Part shown: in pieces, positions 1-10,210 of the stretch
Layout of the letters: every line of letters starts with the position of its first letter
Position numbering within the stretch: position 1 is the first letter of the stretch
Assembly (NCBI GenBank): GCA_017640445.1
Contig: JAEPQQ010000001.1
Span: 56,769-120,768, forward strand
Origin: Bacteroidia bacterium
Lineage (GTDB): Bacteria; Bacteroidota; Bacteroidia; NS11-12g; UBA9320
DNA length: 64,000 bases
Direction: 5' to 3'
Notes under the pieces: generated by a model
Databases searched by the model: none
What the model was told of the DNA's origin: nothing
What the model saw: the letters and a program-made list of their open reading frames with translations, nothing else
Position numbers and translations under genes: made by a program

Positions 1-769
1 TAATTTAGTTGAGCTGTTTTCAGAGCAGAGGTATAAAATTGGCATGGTTGCAACCTCCTCCATTACCCATGCAACTCCCGCATCATTTTATGCGCATGCG
101 TCACACCGAAACAAGCACTACGACATAGCCGGGCAATTGCTGTCCTCAAGCGTCGATTTTTTTGCTGGAGGTGGTAAGAAGTTTTTTAGAGACCTCGATC
201 GCGAAAGCAAACTTTATAACTGGCAGATTGATTCTTCTTTCTGTTGCAGTATTCCTGATTCACTCGAGTTGGACCCGGAGAAGAAATATGGGTACCTGTT
301 GGCTTCCGATGGTATGCCCAAAATGAGTGAATCTCGTGGCGATTTTCTTAAAACAGCGTCTCTTGCAGCACTGAATTATTTCGATAAGGACCCATATTTT
401 ATTATGATTGAAGGTTCACAGATCGATTGGGGGGGCCATTCAAACGACTATGATTATGTGGTTTCTGAGTTGAAAGACTTTGACCAAACCATTGATGCCA
501 TTCTCGATTATGCCGAAAAAGACAAGAATACCCTTGTAGTGGTAACCGCCGATCACGAAACAGGAGGTCTTTCGCTTGGAGGTCCTCAGTACGTGGATAG
601 CAATGGAAAGAAGAGACAGCGTTACAATGCCATTGAACCTTCTTTTAACACCGGTGGGCACACATCGACACTAATCCCGGTATTTGCTTACGGGCCAGGT
701 GCTGAGCACTTTCAGGGAGTGTACGAAAACAACGAGATTTTTAATAAGATCAAAGCGCTGATGCGCTGA
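1..769 (+). CDS. Alkaline phosphatase, 5' end cut by the window edge. The reading frame is open from position 2, so the listed Met at 44 is internal.
   Basis: Motifs SSITHATPASFYAH, TADHETGGLS and GGHTSTLIPVFAYGPGA are typical of the PhoA family. The frame stays open back to nucleotide 2. Confidence 0.85.
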   Translation, partial: NLVELFSEQRYKIGMVATSSITHATPASFYAHASHRNKHYDIAGQLLSSSVDFFAGGGKKFFRDLDRESKLYNWQIDSSFCCSIPDSLELDPEKKYGYLLASDGMPKMSESRGDFLKTASLAALNYFDKDPYFIMIEGSQIDWGGHSNDYDYVVSELKDFDQTIDAILDYAEKDKNTLVVVTADHETGGLSLGGPQYVDSNGKKRQRYNAIEPSFNTGGHTSTLIPVFAYGPGAEHFQGVYENNEIFNKIKALMR

Positions 770-771
770 GA

Positions 772-1368
772 CTACTTGTCAAAAATGCGCGTGGTGTTCA
801 GTATCTCAAAAACATAGGTTTGTTTCTTGTAGTCGAGTACCGTCACAGGAATTTTATACACCTTGGACCCATCTCCAAGTTCAACCGATAGCACCCGTGG
901 AACTGTTGCAGGGTCGTCGCTGTCAAAATAGAGACAGTTCTGAACGCGCAGCTTGGTGAGGTCAACACTGTTTTCTTCCGCAGATTTTCTGAGTTTACCA
1001 ATGTTGTCCTTAAATCGTTGCGTCATAGGGCCGATCATCTTTTCCCTAATTTGTTGATCCGTTTGGTCAATGGTCTGCTTCGGAGAGAGATAACGGGCAA
1101 GATCGGGTTCAGCAAAAAATGGATTTATTATTTCCCAGTTTTGGGTTTGTAACACTGCTAAGAAAACATCACATACTTCGTGATAAGCCATCATGACATT
1201 GGTTTCCTGGGCTTCGGCAATTTCAATTGTTGAGTTGGGCTGTTCAGGCTCACTGGCCGCCTCCGTTTTTTCGGTCTTGGAGACCTCTTCCGAACTTGAG
1301 GAGTTCTTCTTAAACAGTTTACACGAGCAGAAAAGAAATACGACACTTACATAAAGGAAAATTCTCAT
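772..1368 (-). CDS. Hypothetical lipoprotein
   Basis: A 198-aa ORF whose N-terminus MRIFLYVSVVFLFCSC has a lipoprotein-type signal and lipobox Cys. No recognisable catalytic motif. Confidence 0.55.
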   Translation of the reverse strand: MRIFLYVSVVFLFCSCKLFKKNSSSSEEVSKTEKTEAASEPEQPNSTIEIAEAQETNVMMAYHEVCDVFLAVLQTQNWEIINPFFAEPDLARYLSPKQTIDQTDQQIREKMIGPMTQRFKDNIGKLRKSAEENSVDLTKLRVQNCLYFDSDDPATVPRVLSVELGDGSKVYKIPVTVLDYKKQTYVFEILNTTRIFDK

Positions 1369-1506
1369 AACTCAAAAATAGCAGAAATTGTTCCAGCCGT
1401 TTGGTTTGGTTTTTGAACTATATATAACAACAAACGGTTAGCGACAGCGAAACAAGCGCAATACCGTGCGACAGAGACAGTTTAGATCAAATTTAGTGTA
1501 TATATT

Positions 1507-1854
1507 ATGAGACAAATACTTCTACCTTTAGCAACATTATTCGTTTTGGTTTTTACCGGATGTTCGGACGACCTGGACATCAATGCAGGAGTTCCGGAAG
1601 CCAGCATATCGTACGACTTTTGGGCAGGTGCCCGCAACGTTGAAGTAGATGGGGAAATCTTCAACGATGGAAACGTGCACATTGAATCAGTTGAGTTGGA
1701 AATTGCCATGTACGACGAGTATGGTCATTACATCAATTCTGTATTTCAAACTCTATGGGTCGACCTGAGGCCGCAAGACAGTTTCGTGTTTGCTACCGAC
1801 GTTAGAGAGGTGGGTGTGTTTGATGTTGAGGTGCTTCTTCACCGGCTAAATTAG
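1507..1854 (+). CDS. Hypothetical lipoprotein
   Basis: A 115-aa ORF with signal MRQILLPLATLFVLVFTGCSDD. Confidence 0.5.
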   Translation: MRQILLPLATLFVLVFTGCSDDLDINAGVPEASISYDFWAGARNVEVDGEIFNDGNVHIESVELEIAMYDEYGHYINSVFQTLWVDLRPQDSFVFATDVREVGVFDVEVLLHRLN

Positions 1855-1936
1855 CGCAATACGTATAGGTCTTGGTTGGCTCAATTCCTAAATTAGTAAA
1901 ACAGTTTAGAACCTAAGCTGTTACCTTTGTGCCCAA

Positions 1937-2314
1937 TTGGCAAATAGAATGTTTGGACTCTTTAACAACAATAAGGGAGGCGGGAAATCATGGTTGACAC
2001 TCGATGCGGTAAAGCAACTGGATGATATTCTTGAGGAATCGTTTCAGCATCCTGTGGTTCTATTCAAGCACAGCACCCGTTGCAGTATCAGTGCAATGGC
2101 AAAGTCTAGGCTTGAACGCGAATCCTCTGCAGAAGATCCCGTAATCTATTATTTGGATTTGATTGCATATCGAGATGTTTCGAACGCAATTGAGTCGCGT
2201 TTTGGTGTTCGCCATGAAAGTCCTCAGGTAATTCTGCTCAAGGACGGAAAGGTCGTCTATCATGCGTCGCATGGTGCCATTAATATTCATGATTTGAAAT
2301 CGTATGCAGCATAA
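1937..2314 (+). CDS. ytxJ: Bacillithiol-system thioredoxin-like protein YtxJ (DUF2847)
   Basis: The HPVVLFKHSTRCSISAMA TCS-type redox motif and the ~120 aa size match the YtxJ family. Confidence 0.7.
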   Translation: MANRMFGLFNNNKGGGKSWLTLDAVKQLDDILEESFQHPVVLFKHSTRCSISAMAKSRLERESSAEDPVIYYLDLIAYRDVSNAIESRFGVRHESPQVILLKDGKVVYHASHGAINIHDLKSYAA

Positions 2315-2729
2315 CCCAGAAGGAATGGAACTAATTACCACGCACATTGCAATGACCAAAGACATGGGGGTTCACGGAAACCTCTTTGGTGGTATTATGA
2401 TGGCATGGATCGATGAGGCAGCGTCGGTTATGGCATGCCAGGTGTGTCATACACCCAATATGGTTACGGTTAAGATTGAAGAATTGATCTTTCAGAAAAA
2501 GGTTAAAGAAGGCTTTCTAATCAAAATATACGGAGAGGTGGCTGAAATTGGGCGGTCGTCTATCACCTTGACCATAGAAGCGCGAAAAGGCAGTGTGTAC
2601 AGTGGAGAGGAAGACCTGGTTTTGTCAACCAGAACCACCTTTGTACGCATCGATGAGGCAGGTGATCCAACTCCGATCCCATCTCCTGTGAGAGAGCGGT
2701 TTAATCACCTTAGCAAATATGCTAAGTAA
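2304..2729 (+). CDS. Acyl-CoA thioesterase, hotdog fold, YciA-like
   Basis: The VHGNLFGGIMMAWIDEAASV hotdog thioesterase signature. The start overlaps the ytxJ stop. Confidence 0.7.
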   Translation: MQHNPEGMELITTHIAMTKDMGVHGNLFGGIMMAWIDEAASVMACQVCHTPNMVTVKIEELIFQKKVKEGFLIKIYGEVAEIGRSSITLTIEARKGSVYSGEEDLVLSTRTTFVRIDEAGDPTPIPSPVRERFNHLSKYAK

Positions 2730-2815
2730 GTCTCTTCTGATTTTCTCCTTTTAGCTTTTTGCAATACTTTTGAAACCCCGCAGAGGCGGCAGGTAATCAT
2801 ATAAATTCTGAAGAA

Positions 2816-3919
2816 ATGTCAAGCACAGAACAACTCAAAAACACAACGTTAACACATGTCCACGAAGGCCTGGGTGCCAAGATGGTGCCTTTTGCAGGCT
2901 ATAATATGCCCGTTCAGTATTCCAATCTCAGAGAGGAACACATGGCGGTACGTAATTCTGTAGGTGTTTTCGACGTGTCTCACATGGGTGAGTTCGTTGT
3001 AAAGGGTGAAGGTGCTACAGCCCTGTTGGAGTGGGTTACTTCCAACGACATCGGAAAAATGATTGATAAGCAGGCACAGTACAACTGCCTGCCAAATAAA
3101 ACAGGCGGTATTGTTGATGATTTGATCGTATACCGCTGGGATGAGCAGGAATACTACCTTGTAGTAAATGCCAGCAACATTGAGAAAGACTGGAACTGGA
3201 TTGTAAGTCAGAATGAAGAGAAAGGGTTTGGAGCCGAACTGGAAAATATTTCCGACAAACTTTCCCTGCTTGCCGTTCAAGGTCCGAATGCCGAAAAGTT
3301 GATCCAGAAACTTACAGATGTGGACCTGGGTGCTATCAAGTTCTATCATTGGGATGCTGGTCAGGTAGCCGGAATTGATGATGTTATTATCTCAAATACG
3401 GGATATACAGGTTCTGGCGGATTCGAGCTATATGTTTGGAATAAAGATGCAGAGGCTCTGTGGAACGCTGTACTGGAAGCCGGAAAGGAATTTGACATCT
3501 TGCCTTGTGGCCTTGGATGCCGTGATACACTACGTCTTGAAAAGGGGTATTGCCTGTACGGTAACGACATCAACGACGAAACGTCTCCAATTGAAGCAGG
3601 CTTAGGTTGGATCACGAAGTTCGACAAGCCTTTCGTTAATTGGGAACACCACGCTAAGATCAAAGAAGACAAACCGTCGAAACGTCTGGTTGGATTTGAG
3701 ATGATTGATCGGGGAATCCCAAGACAGCATTACCCGATTCTTGATGGTGAGGGAAATAAGATCGGAGAAGTAACAAGTGGTACGCAAAGCCCGTCGTTGG
3801 GTAAAGCCATCGGAATGGGATATGTAGCCCGTGGTTTTGGCAAAAGTGGTACTGAAATATTCGTAGAAATCCGCGGTAAGGCGGTGAAAGCCCAGGTAGC
3901 CAAGCTTCCTTTCTTGTAG
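2816..3919 (+). CDS. gcvT: Glycine cleavage system T protein (aminomethyltransferase)
   Basis: A full-length 367-aa protein with GcvT motifs: VGVFDVSHMGEF, the NCLPNKTGGIVDDLIVYR stretch, and the C-terminal GKAVKAQVAKLPFL. Confidence 0.9.
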   Translation: MSSTEQLKNTTLTHVHEGLGAKMVPFAGYNMPVQYSNLREEHMAVRNSVGVFDVSHMGEFVVKGEGATALLEWVTSNDIGKMIDKQAQYNCLPNKTGGIVDDLIVYRWDEQEYYLVVNASNIEKDWNWIVSQNEEKGFGAELENISDKLSLLAVQGPNAEKLIQKLTDVDLGAIKFYHWDAGQVAGIDDVIISNTGYTGSGGFELYVWNKDAEALWNAVLEAGKEFDILPCGLGCRDTLRLEKGYCLYGNDINDETSPIEAGLGWITKFDKPFVNWEHHAKIKEDKPSKRLVGFEMIDRGIPRQHYPILDGEGNKIGEVTSGTQSPSLGKAIGMGYVARGFGKSGTEIFVEIRGKAVKAQVAKLPFL

Positions 3920-4019
3920 AAATAACGATTCTGTTTCAACGTGCTCAAGGCATAGGGCTGATACAGTATTTTGAGTCAATGCGGTTACGTCGTACTTTTG
4001 ATGTTCCACGTTATCGCAT

Positions 4020-4571
4020 ATGTTTTGGAAACGCAAAAGAGAATTCACAGGAGAAGGTGATGCTGAATTCGATGAATTAACACATCGGAAGGAGCGCGAA
4101 ATAGACCAGGTACGGCAATGTACTCTGTTCATCAGCAGTAAATACAAGGAGATCATATTCGTTCCTATTGGTGAGGTTGAATCCTTTATGCACCGTGAAC
4201 TGGATTCGGTGGTGGTGAAACCGTGGCCCATGTCAATTGGGGAGCTGCAGGAAGAGATAGAAAACACCCTCAATAAGTACCAAAACCGTGTGGCCGACCT
4301 GCCACCTTCTAACCAAACCTGGTATTCTTTGAATGCGAGTAAAGCCAAGTCGCAGCGATCGTTTAAGGTAGATTATATTGATGTAAATCTCTTTACCGAC
4401 ACACATCGGCCGTATGGGGAGGGAGAAGTAGAGCGTATTCGGGTAGATGCTGCCCCCAAAGACCGACTCCAGAATAGCTATGTGCTCACGGGTGTGAGCC
4501 ACCTGTTGGAAACCGGGGTGGCGCAGACGGTTATCGATATTTTCAACGCATGTGAGAAAATAAGGAATTAA
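4020..4571 (+). CDS. Hypothetical protein
   Basis: A 183-aa ORF in the gene-dense plus-strand run. No recognisable domain. Confidence 0.4.
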   Translation: MFWKRKREFTGEGDAEFDELTHRKEREIDQVRQCTLFISSKYKEIIFVPIGEVESFMHRELDSVVVKPWPMSIGELQEEIENTLNKYQNRVADLPPSNQTWYSLNASKAKSQRSFKVDYIDVNLFTDTHRPYGEGEVERIRVDAAPKDRLQNSYVLTGVSHLLETGVAQTVIDIFNACEKIRN

Positions 4572-4579
4572 GTTTTGTT

Positions 4580-5482
4580 ATGAGTTCTTATATAGCCCGA
4601 ATAAATAAGGCCCTGGAGTACATCGACCAACACCTTGATGAAGAAATCAACGTGTCAAAACTGGCAAACATAAGTGGGTTTTCCTTGTATCATTTTCATA
4701 GAATCTTTAAGGCAAACGTACGCGAATCTCCCTACGATTTTTTACTTCGATTAAGACTTGAGAAAGCAATTTTCCTTTTGAAATACAGAAGGCAGTTAAG
4801 TATCGCAGAGGTAGGGTATGAAAGTGGTTTCTCTAGTCCCGAAAACTTTTCGAGGCTGTTTAAAGAACGTTATGAAGTGACACCAGGCACCTATCGGAAA
4901 AATACGGAATTACACAAAAGCAGGATTCATCAAGAACGCCAGGAGAACGACTTTTACATTCGCATCGAACAAAGTAGGGAAATGCCAAAGGCATCCTTTA
5001 CATTGGAGATTGAGCAGATGCCAGAGACACCAGTTGTGGTTGCTAAGGCTATTTTTGGCGCAGATGGAAGTGGTTTGGTGGAAAAATATCTAAGCTTGAT
5101 GGATTGGGCGCAAGAACACGGAATCAACATCAAGGGGAATATGACCCGGTTTGGAATGTCCATTGATAATCCAGAGGTTACACCCGCCAGCAAGTATAGG
5201 TACGACTTTGCTCTGAAAGTGGAGGGAAATCCACCGTTGGCCGAAGGACTTGAATGGTCTTCCATCCCATCAACCGAATACGCTACGGTTCATGCGCAGG
5301 GTTCACTGGATACTGTGGCCCAGGCATGGGACTATATTTATCGCGATTGGTTGCCGAACAGTGGGTATGTGCCTGAGCACCTTCCGGCTGTGGAAGAATT
5401 TATCCAGGGTCCTGAGGAAATTGGTTGGGAAAAGTTCAATCTGAAATGTCGTGTTCCAATAACGAAAACAGAAAATGAATAA
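4580..5482 (+). CDS. AraC-family transcriptional regulator with a C-terminal GyrI-like effector-binding domain
   Basis: The N-terminal AraC HTH (ISGFSLYHFHRIFK ... FSSPENFSRLFKERYEVTPGTYR) is followed by a GyrI-like ~150 aa domain. Confidence 0.8.
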   Translation: MSSYIARINKALEYIDQHLDEEINVSKLANISGFSLYHFHRIFKANVRESPYDFLLRLRLEKAIFLLKYRRQLSIAEVGYESGFSSPENFSRLFKERYEVTPGTYRKNTELHKSRIHQERQENDFYIRIEQSREMPKASFTLEIEQMPETPVVVAKAIFGADGSGLVEKYLSLMDWAQEHGINIKGNMTRFGMSIDNPEVTPASKYRYDFALKVEGNPPLAEGLEWSSIPSTEYATVHAQGSLDTVAQAWDYIYRDWLPNSGYVPEHLPAVEEFIQGPEEIGWEKFNLKCRVPITKTENE

Positions 5483-5906
5483 ACACCTAAATCGAATTAT
5501 TGTGTTGGCTGTAGTATTGACGCTAACAGCTTCCACACCCTTAAAGAAAGTAAATGAGTCACCAGACCTTGGTAAGTATTCCATGTCGTTGAACGTGAGC
5601 GACCTTAGTGCCTCGAAAGACTTCTATGAAAAGCTGGGTTTTCAGCCAGTTGAAGGACTTGGAAGTCTTAAACAGATGTGGATGGTGGTTTCCAATGGCC
5701 ATGAAAACATCGGTCTTTTTCAGGGGATGTTTCCCACGAATACAATGACTTTCAACGTCGAAGATGGTCGAGGTACTCTACAAACAATCAAGGACAATGG
5801 GATTGAAGCGAATTTGATTACTGGTAAGGATACATCTGCAGGTCCTTGTTCTTTCCTGATAACAGACCCGGATGGGAACCCAATTATTGTTGACCAATTA
5901 AAGTAA
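5475..5906 (+). CDS. VOC/glyoxalase-family protein with signal peptide
   Basis: SLNVSDLSASKDFYEKLGFQPVEG is a glyoxalase-like beta-alpha-beta-beta-beta motif. There is an N-terminal signal peptide. Confidence 0.6.
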   Translation: MNKHLNRIIVLAVVLTLTASTPLKKVNESPDLGKYSMSLNVSDLSASKDFYEKLGFQPVEGLGSLKQMWMVVSNGHENIGLFQGMFPTNTMTFNVEDGRGTLQTIKDNGIEANLITGKDTSAGPCSFLITDPDGNPIIVDQLK

Positions 5907-5910
5907 GAAT

Positions 5911-6291
5911 ATGACAAAAGATATAAATGAAATACGGGAGCGGTTGGTTTCCCTGTTAAAGCGCCACCAGGATGTTTTGAAAATTGGTACCAACAAGTTT
6001 GAGAACTTTGTTGTAAACGGAACCGTCGAGGCTATGCAAGGGAAAAAGAAAGTAGATGGGATCTACTTTGCTTCAGTTGTACCTAAACCCAAAGATGTGC
6101 GGTTTTATTTCTTTCCTAGCTATACGCATAAGGAAGGACTGGGTGAATTGCCCGAGAATCTTCAAAAGGCCTTAAAAGGGAAGTCTTGTTTTTACATAAA
6201 ATACATGGACGACGAGTTGGAAAAGAACCTGGGTGATTTGATTGAGCAGGCTATTGGCTTGTATCAGGAGGATGGGTTGCTGGCGAAATAG
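5911..6291 (+). CDS. Hypothetical protein, possibly DUF1801-like
   Basis: A 126-aa ORF. Its weak resemblance to YdhG-like proteins (GIYFASVVPKPKDVRFYFFPSY) is not a firm assignment. Confidence 0.45.
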   Translation: MTKDINEIRERLVSLLKRHQDVLKIGTNKFENFVVNGTVEAMQGKKKVDGIYFASVVPKPKDVRFYFFPSYTHKEGLGELPENLQKALKGKSCFYIKYMDDELEKNLGDLIEQAIGLYQEDGLLAK

Positions 6292-6736
6292 GAAAGTCAG
6301 GCTAATAGAGTCATATCTTTCGAGTGGATTATTGGTTGCGTGTCTGCTGTTACCAATGCTCCAGTCATGTTCCGTACCGTCCGATCACACGAGGTCCGGA
6401 AAGCTTCAGGACGAAACAGATACACTTGAACTCAAGTATTATGCGTTTGCCTGTTATTGCCCCAGATGGTGCCAAGAAGACCTTAAGATAGACACAGTAC
6501 GTCCCGGGAGGGATTGTATTCGTCTTGAGGCGAGTCACGATTCGTTGGAGGTTCCTACAAGGTTTCTTGTCTCAGGCAATAAGTTCCGTTTCATTGGTCA
6601 ATTCTACCAGGAAGCGCAATATGGTAAGGATGTGGAAGATGGAGGATTGGCTCGAACGTTTCTTTATTCATCCTTTGAGGTAGTGGACACGATAGATCAC
6701 AGGAGTGGAATGTCAGAAACAGAAAGTAATGAATAA
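6272..6736 (+). CDS. Hypothetical lipoprotein, start uncertain
   Basis: The long ORF 6242-6736 contains an internal Met followed by a basic n-region, a hydrophobic core LLVACLLLPML and QSC. That is a plausible lipoprotein signal if translation starts at 6272, which would overlap the upstream gene by 20 nt. Confidence 0.35.
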   Translation: MGCWRNRKVRLIESYLSSGLLVACLLLPMLQSCSVPSDHTRSGKLQDETDTLELKYYAFACYCPRWCQEDLKIDTVRPGRDCIRLEASHDSLEVPTRFLVSGNKFRFIGQFYQEAQYGKDVEDGGLARTFLYSSFEVVDTIDHRSGMSETESNE

Positions 6737-7019
6737 ACTAAAATGGCAGCATATCGTTTATGCAACACTGTTTGTTTTTGTTGTGATTACATATGCGACC
6801 TCAAAAATTGAAACGCCATTTGACGGCGACGATACATATGGCTTCCCATTTACATTTTATATTGTGTATTCTGGTATGTGTGATCCATGTCCCGATGAAC
6901 CAACACAATTCTACGGGTTTAAATTGTGGATAGACATTCTTTTCTCAGCTATCCTGGCTGTAGCAGGCCTCATAGGACAGAGATGGTTAAGGCACCGACT
7001 GCATGGAAGTAAACCCTAA
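6729..7019 (+). CDS. Small membrane protein
   Basis: Met at 6729 gives MNKLKWQHIVYATLFVFVVITYA with two hydrophobic segments. It overlaps the upstream stop by 8 nt. Confidence 0.4.
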   Translation: MNKLKWQHIVYATLFVFVVITYATSKIETPFDGDDTYGFPFTFYIVYSGMCDPCPDEPTQFYGFKLWIDILFSAILAVAGLIGQRWLRHRLHGSKP

Positions 7020-7066
7020 GGTTTCAAACAATATATTCGCGGGCTAGCCATAGACAAATACACTGA

Positions 7067-7777
7067 ATGGAACCCCCGGATAATATCAGAACCTACCTTA
7101 ACTGGAGCTCGGGCAAAGATGCGTCAATGGCACTTCATCGACTTCAGCAAGATGGAGTAACCGTCGAAAAACTGGTTACAACGGTTAACAAACATTTTAG
7201 GCGTGTATCAATGCATGGCTTGAGGATTGAACTGTTGCAGCGGCAATCCGAGGCTCTTAACATACCCTTGCAATTAATCGAACTACCGGAAAAGCCTTCT
7301 ATGGAAGTTTACGATGAGATTATGAGTGGTGCTATGTCGGAGCTAAACGAACAGGGATTTACCCACTGCGGTTTTGGCGATATTTTTCTGGAGGACCTCA
7401 GAGCCTATCGCGAAAACCAGCTGCAAAAAGTGGGCATTACTGCTTCCTTCCCATTGTGGAAGCAGGACACGCGACAACTGATTAACGATTTCATTCAGGC
7501 AGGTTTCAAGGCAGTGGTTGTTTGCCTTAACGCAAGTAAATTGGACAATTCATTTCTGGGAAGAGAGATTGACGAGGCCTTCGTTAAAGCGTTGCCCAAA
7601 GGAGTAGATGTTTGTGGGGAGTACGGCGAGTTTCATACGTTTTGCTATGACGGGCCCATTTTTAAGAATCCGGTGCCCTTCACGTTGGGTGAAAAAACGT
7701 ATCGCGAATACGAAATCAAGGACGCTAACGGAGATAAGAACACCGTTACGGGGTTCTGGTTTGTGGATTTGATATAA
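7067..7777 (+). CDS. PP-loop ATP pyrophosphatase of the Dph6/MJ0570 (DUF71) family
   Basis: The N-terminal LNWSSGKDAS resembles the SGGKDS PP-loop, and the 236-aa size matches the diphthine-ammonia-ligase-like ATP-binding domain. Confidence 0.6.
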   Translation: MEPPDNIRTYLNWSSGKDASMALHRLQQDGVTVEKLVTTVNKHFRRVSMHGLRIELLQRQSEALNIPLQLIELPEKPSMEVYDEIMSGAMSELNEQGFTHCGFGDIFLEDLRAYRENQLQKVGITASFPLWKQDTRQLINDFIQAGFKAVVVCLNASKLDNSFLGREIDEAFVKALPKGVDVCGEYGEFHTFCYDGPIFKNPVPFTLGEKTYREYEIKDANGDKNTVTGFWFVDLI

Positions 7778-7835
7778 GGAACAGCGTGGTGTAAAACAAT
7801 TTGCGTATAATTGACATAAATAAATCGGTAAAAAA

Positions 7836-8378
7836 ATGAAACAAGCCCTAGGAGTTTTTCTGATATCGATCTTGGTATACGCTTGTACTAATTCACCCAA
7901 AACGTCTCACCAGCAGCATGAGCACGAACACAACGGTACTCTCCTGCATGTTTCGTCAGACGAAGGAAAGGAATGGAACGTATTTGGCGTTCGAATAACG
8001 GGCAAGGTGTTGAGCGCACAAACCAATGGTGATTATTCAGTAATTGTGACAGAAACCCCACCCAACGGTGGACCACCACGCCATGTCCATCAGAATGAAG
8101 ACGAGTTGTTCTATGTGCTTAAAGGGAAGTATGAATTCCGATGCGGAGATACAGTGATTCAGGCTCATGAAGGAGATCTAGTACACTTGCCAAAAGGCAT
8201 CCCACATAACTTTGTGAACGTAGACACGGTTACCGGTATTACTATGAATACCATCACCCCCGGTGGTTTTGAACAGTTTTTCGACGACGTGGCCGAGATG
8301 TCGAAATCCACAACGTTGTCGCGTAAACAAATCGATTCGATTGCGGGCGTATACGGCGTCTCGTTTATCAGTAAGTAG
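7836..8378 (+). CDS. Cupin-domain protein (lipoprotein)
   Basis: Signal MKQALGVFLISILVYACTNS, and a cupin core PRHVHQNEDELFYVLKGKYEF ... GIPHNF. Confidence 0.6.
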   Translation: MKQALGVFLISILVYACTNSPKTSHQQHEHEHNGTLLHVSSDEGKEWNVFGVRITGKVLSAQTNGDYSVIVTETPPNGGPPRHVHQNEDELFYVLKGKYEFRCGDTVIQAHEGDLVHLPKGIPHNFVNVDTVTGITMNTITPGGFEQFFDDVAEMSKSTTLSRKQIDSIAGVYGVSFISK

Positions 8379-8392
8379 AGACTTGTCTCGCA

Positions 8393-9388
8393 ATGTGGTT
8401 TAAAGAATTAGTAGGTTTTGAAGAGACCTCACCTGAAAAGGTTAGAGAGCACCTGAGCTATCAGGATGGGTGGGTGAAATCAGAAGCAAATGGGAGGGAA
8501 ATGTATGTGGGCATTCTTGAGGTACCAACATTGGATGAGTTAAAACAACGGGCGCCGTCTCTCGATTCGTTTCACTCTAGACTTCGGGTCAAGGAAGTTG
8601 TGGGAAACGTTCAGGCCCTACATGTAGAACCTCAAAACGAACACTCCGTTTTTCAGGCAGCGTCACAGTTTAACCTGCTTGAGATGGTTAGCCCTTCCGT
8701 TACCCCTGAAATGGGAATAGACCGTTACAGCCATGATCACACTCAGGGACCTGCCTGTGCAATTGCCTGTGGAGCTGGTACCATTTACAGAAACTACTTT
8801 GTTCCACTCAATGGAAAACAGGGTCAAACCAGAAACAACCAAATCAATTGTCTGGACCAGGTTGGTGAGGCACTAAACAATTCCGAATTGCAGCTCTGGA
8901 GTATGGTGAATGGTTATGCTCTTTTAAACGAACATGGGCTTTTAAAAATTAATGCCTTGCTGGGTAGTGGTAAAGTGCAACGCGATACGTTGAAGTCGCT
9001 GTTACGAGTAGGTGTTCAATGGAACACAGAGGTGACTATTGCGAAAGAAGGTCATCAGGTAACTCAGGTATATTGCTCTGCATTGCCGGTAGCGTATTCG
9101 AGCCACATCGACCCGATTTATTGGGAAAACTTCGCTACACTTATCCTGGAGGCGACCTATGAAGCGACACTCTATACCGCCTTAATCAACCATACGAAAA
9201 CCGGATGTAGTAAAGTGTTCCTAACATTGGTAGGTGGAGGAGCCTTTGGTAATGAACTAAGTTGGATTTTATCTGCTTTGAGCAATGCGTTGATCAAATT
9301 TCGGAATACGCCTCTTAATGTGAGTGTGGTCAGCTATGGCCATTCCAATCGAAGGCTGCATAGCACGTTGGAGAAATTGTTGGAATAG
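8393..9388 (+). CDS. Hypothetical conserved protein
   Basis: A 331-aa ORF that overlaps the upstream gene only slightly. No family recognised by eye. Confidence 0.5.
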   Translation: MWFKELVGFEETSPEKVREHLSYQDGWVKSEANGREMYVGILEVPTLDELKQRAPSLDSFHSRLRVKEVVGNVQALHVEPQNEHSVFQAASQFNLLEMVSPSVTPEMGIDRYSHDHTQGPACAIACGAGTIYRNYFVPLNGKQGQTRNNQINCLDQVGEALNNSELQLWSMVNGYALLNEHGLLKINALLGSGKVQRDTLKSLLRVGVQWNTEVTIAKEGHQVTQVYCSALPVAYSSHIDPIYWENFATLILEATYEATLYTALINHTKTGCSKVFLTLVGGGAFGNELSWILSALSNALIKFRNTPLNVSVVSYGHSNRRLHSTLEKLLE

Positions 9389-9478
9389 AAGTGTTCCCAC
9401 AGGGCTTTGCACCCGACAAATACTATTTTGGTTTTATATGGGTTAACTTAATAACCAAGTTTAAACGTTGCCGAAAAC

Positions 9479-10162
9479 ATGAAAACCATCTTTACTTGTG
9501 TCCTTCTAGGGATTAACTTCTGCCTGCTTGCTCAGGACACGGTCTCAATGCAACTGGACCTAACTGAACCAAGGGTAGGTCAGGAAGTCACTTTGTCATT
9601 CCCAATCGATTTTTTGACTCAGGAGGTGCAGAACCAGCTTGGAGACAGCATTTCGGTTGTACCATCTCGCTTTGGTTTATACAATCAGGGGTCGCCATTT
9701 AAAAGAACCATAAAATTCCACCAACCCGGAAACTATATAGTAGGGCCGTTTCGATTCGACATAAACGGGGAAAGAATTCAAACGGATTCACAAGAAGTAG
9801 TCGTAAAGGAGAAATTACCATTGCAAGAAGGTTTTTGGGTGCGATTGATCCAAAATGGGTCTGGAGATAACGAGATTGTGCTGGAACAGCAGATAGCAGA
9901 CTCCAACGTATTCCGTGACCCGGAGGGACGAATGGAAGTGACTAGTCTGGTTGAAGAACCGCAACCAGGAGTGCAGTTTTACTTAAGTAGGCACGCCATA
10001 ACAACCGTACAAAGAGGATTGGAGCAAAACGAAGTGCCTCTGCATTACAGTTTCACGCAATACCGGGTCGTATTTGATTCAGAAGTAGAAGGTATTACCT
10101 TACAACCCTGGCATTTTTCTCATCTAAAAGAAGAGATACCCAGTTTGGAGATAAAAAGGTAA
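9479..10162 (+). CDS. Hypothetical secreted protein
   Basis: Signal peptide MKTIFTCVLLGINFCLLAQD. Confidence 0.5.
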   Translation: MKTIFTCVLLGINFCLLAQDTVSMQLDLTEPRVGQEVTLSFPIDFLTQEVQNQLGDSISVVPSRFGLYNQGSPFKRTIKFHQPGNYIVGPFRFDINGERIQTDSQEVVVKEKLPLQEGFWVRLIQNGSGDNEIVLEQQIADSNVFRDPEGRMEVTSLVEEPQPGVQFYLSRHAITTVQRGLEQNEVPLHYSFTQYRVVFDSEVEGITLQPWHFSHLKEEIPSLEIKR

Positions 10163-10210
10163 GCCAGGTTTGGTCTAAAACCGTATCTTGCCTAACCTAA
10201 AAGCATTCGT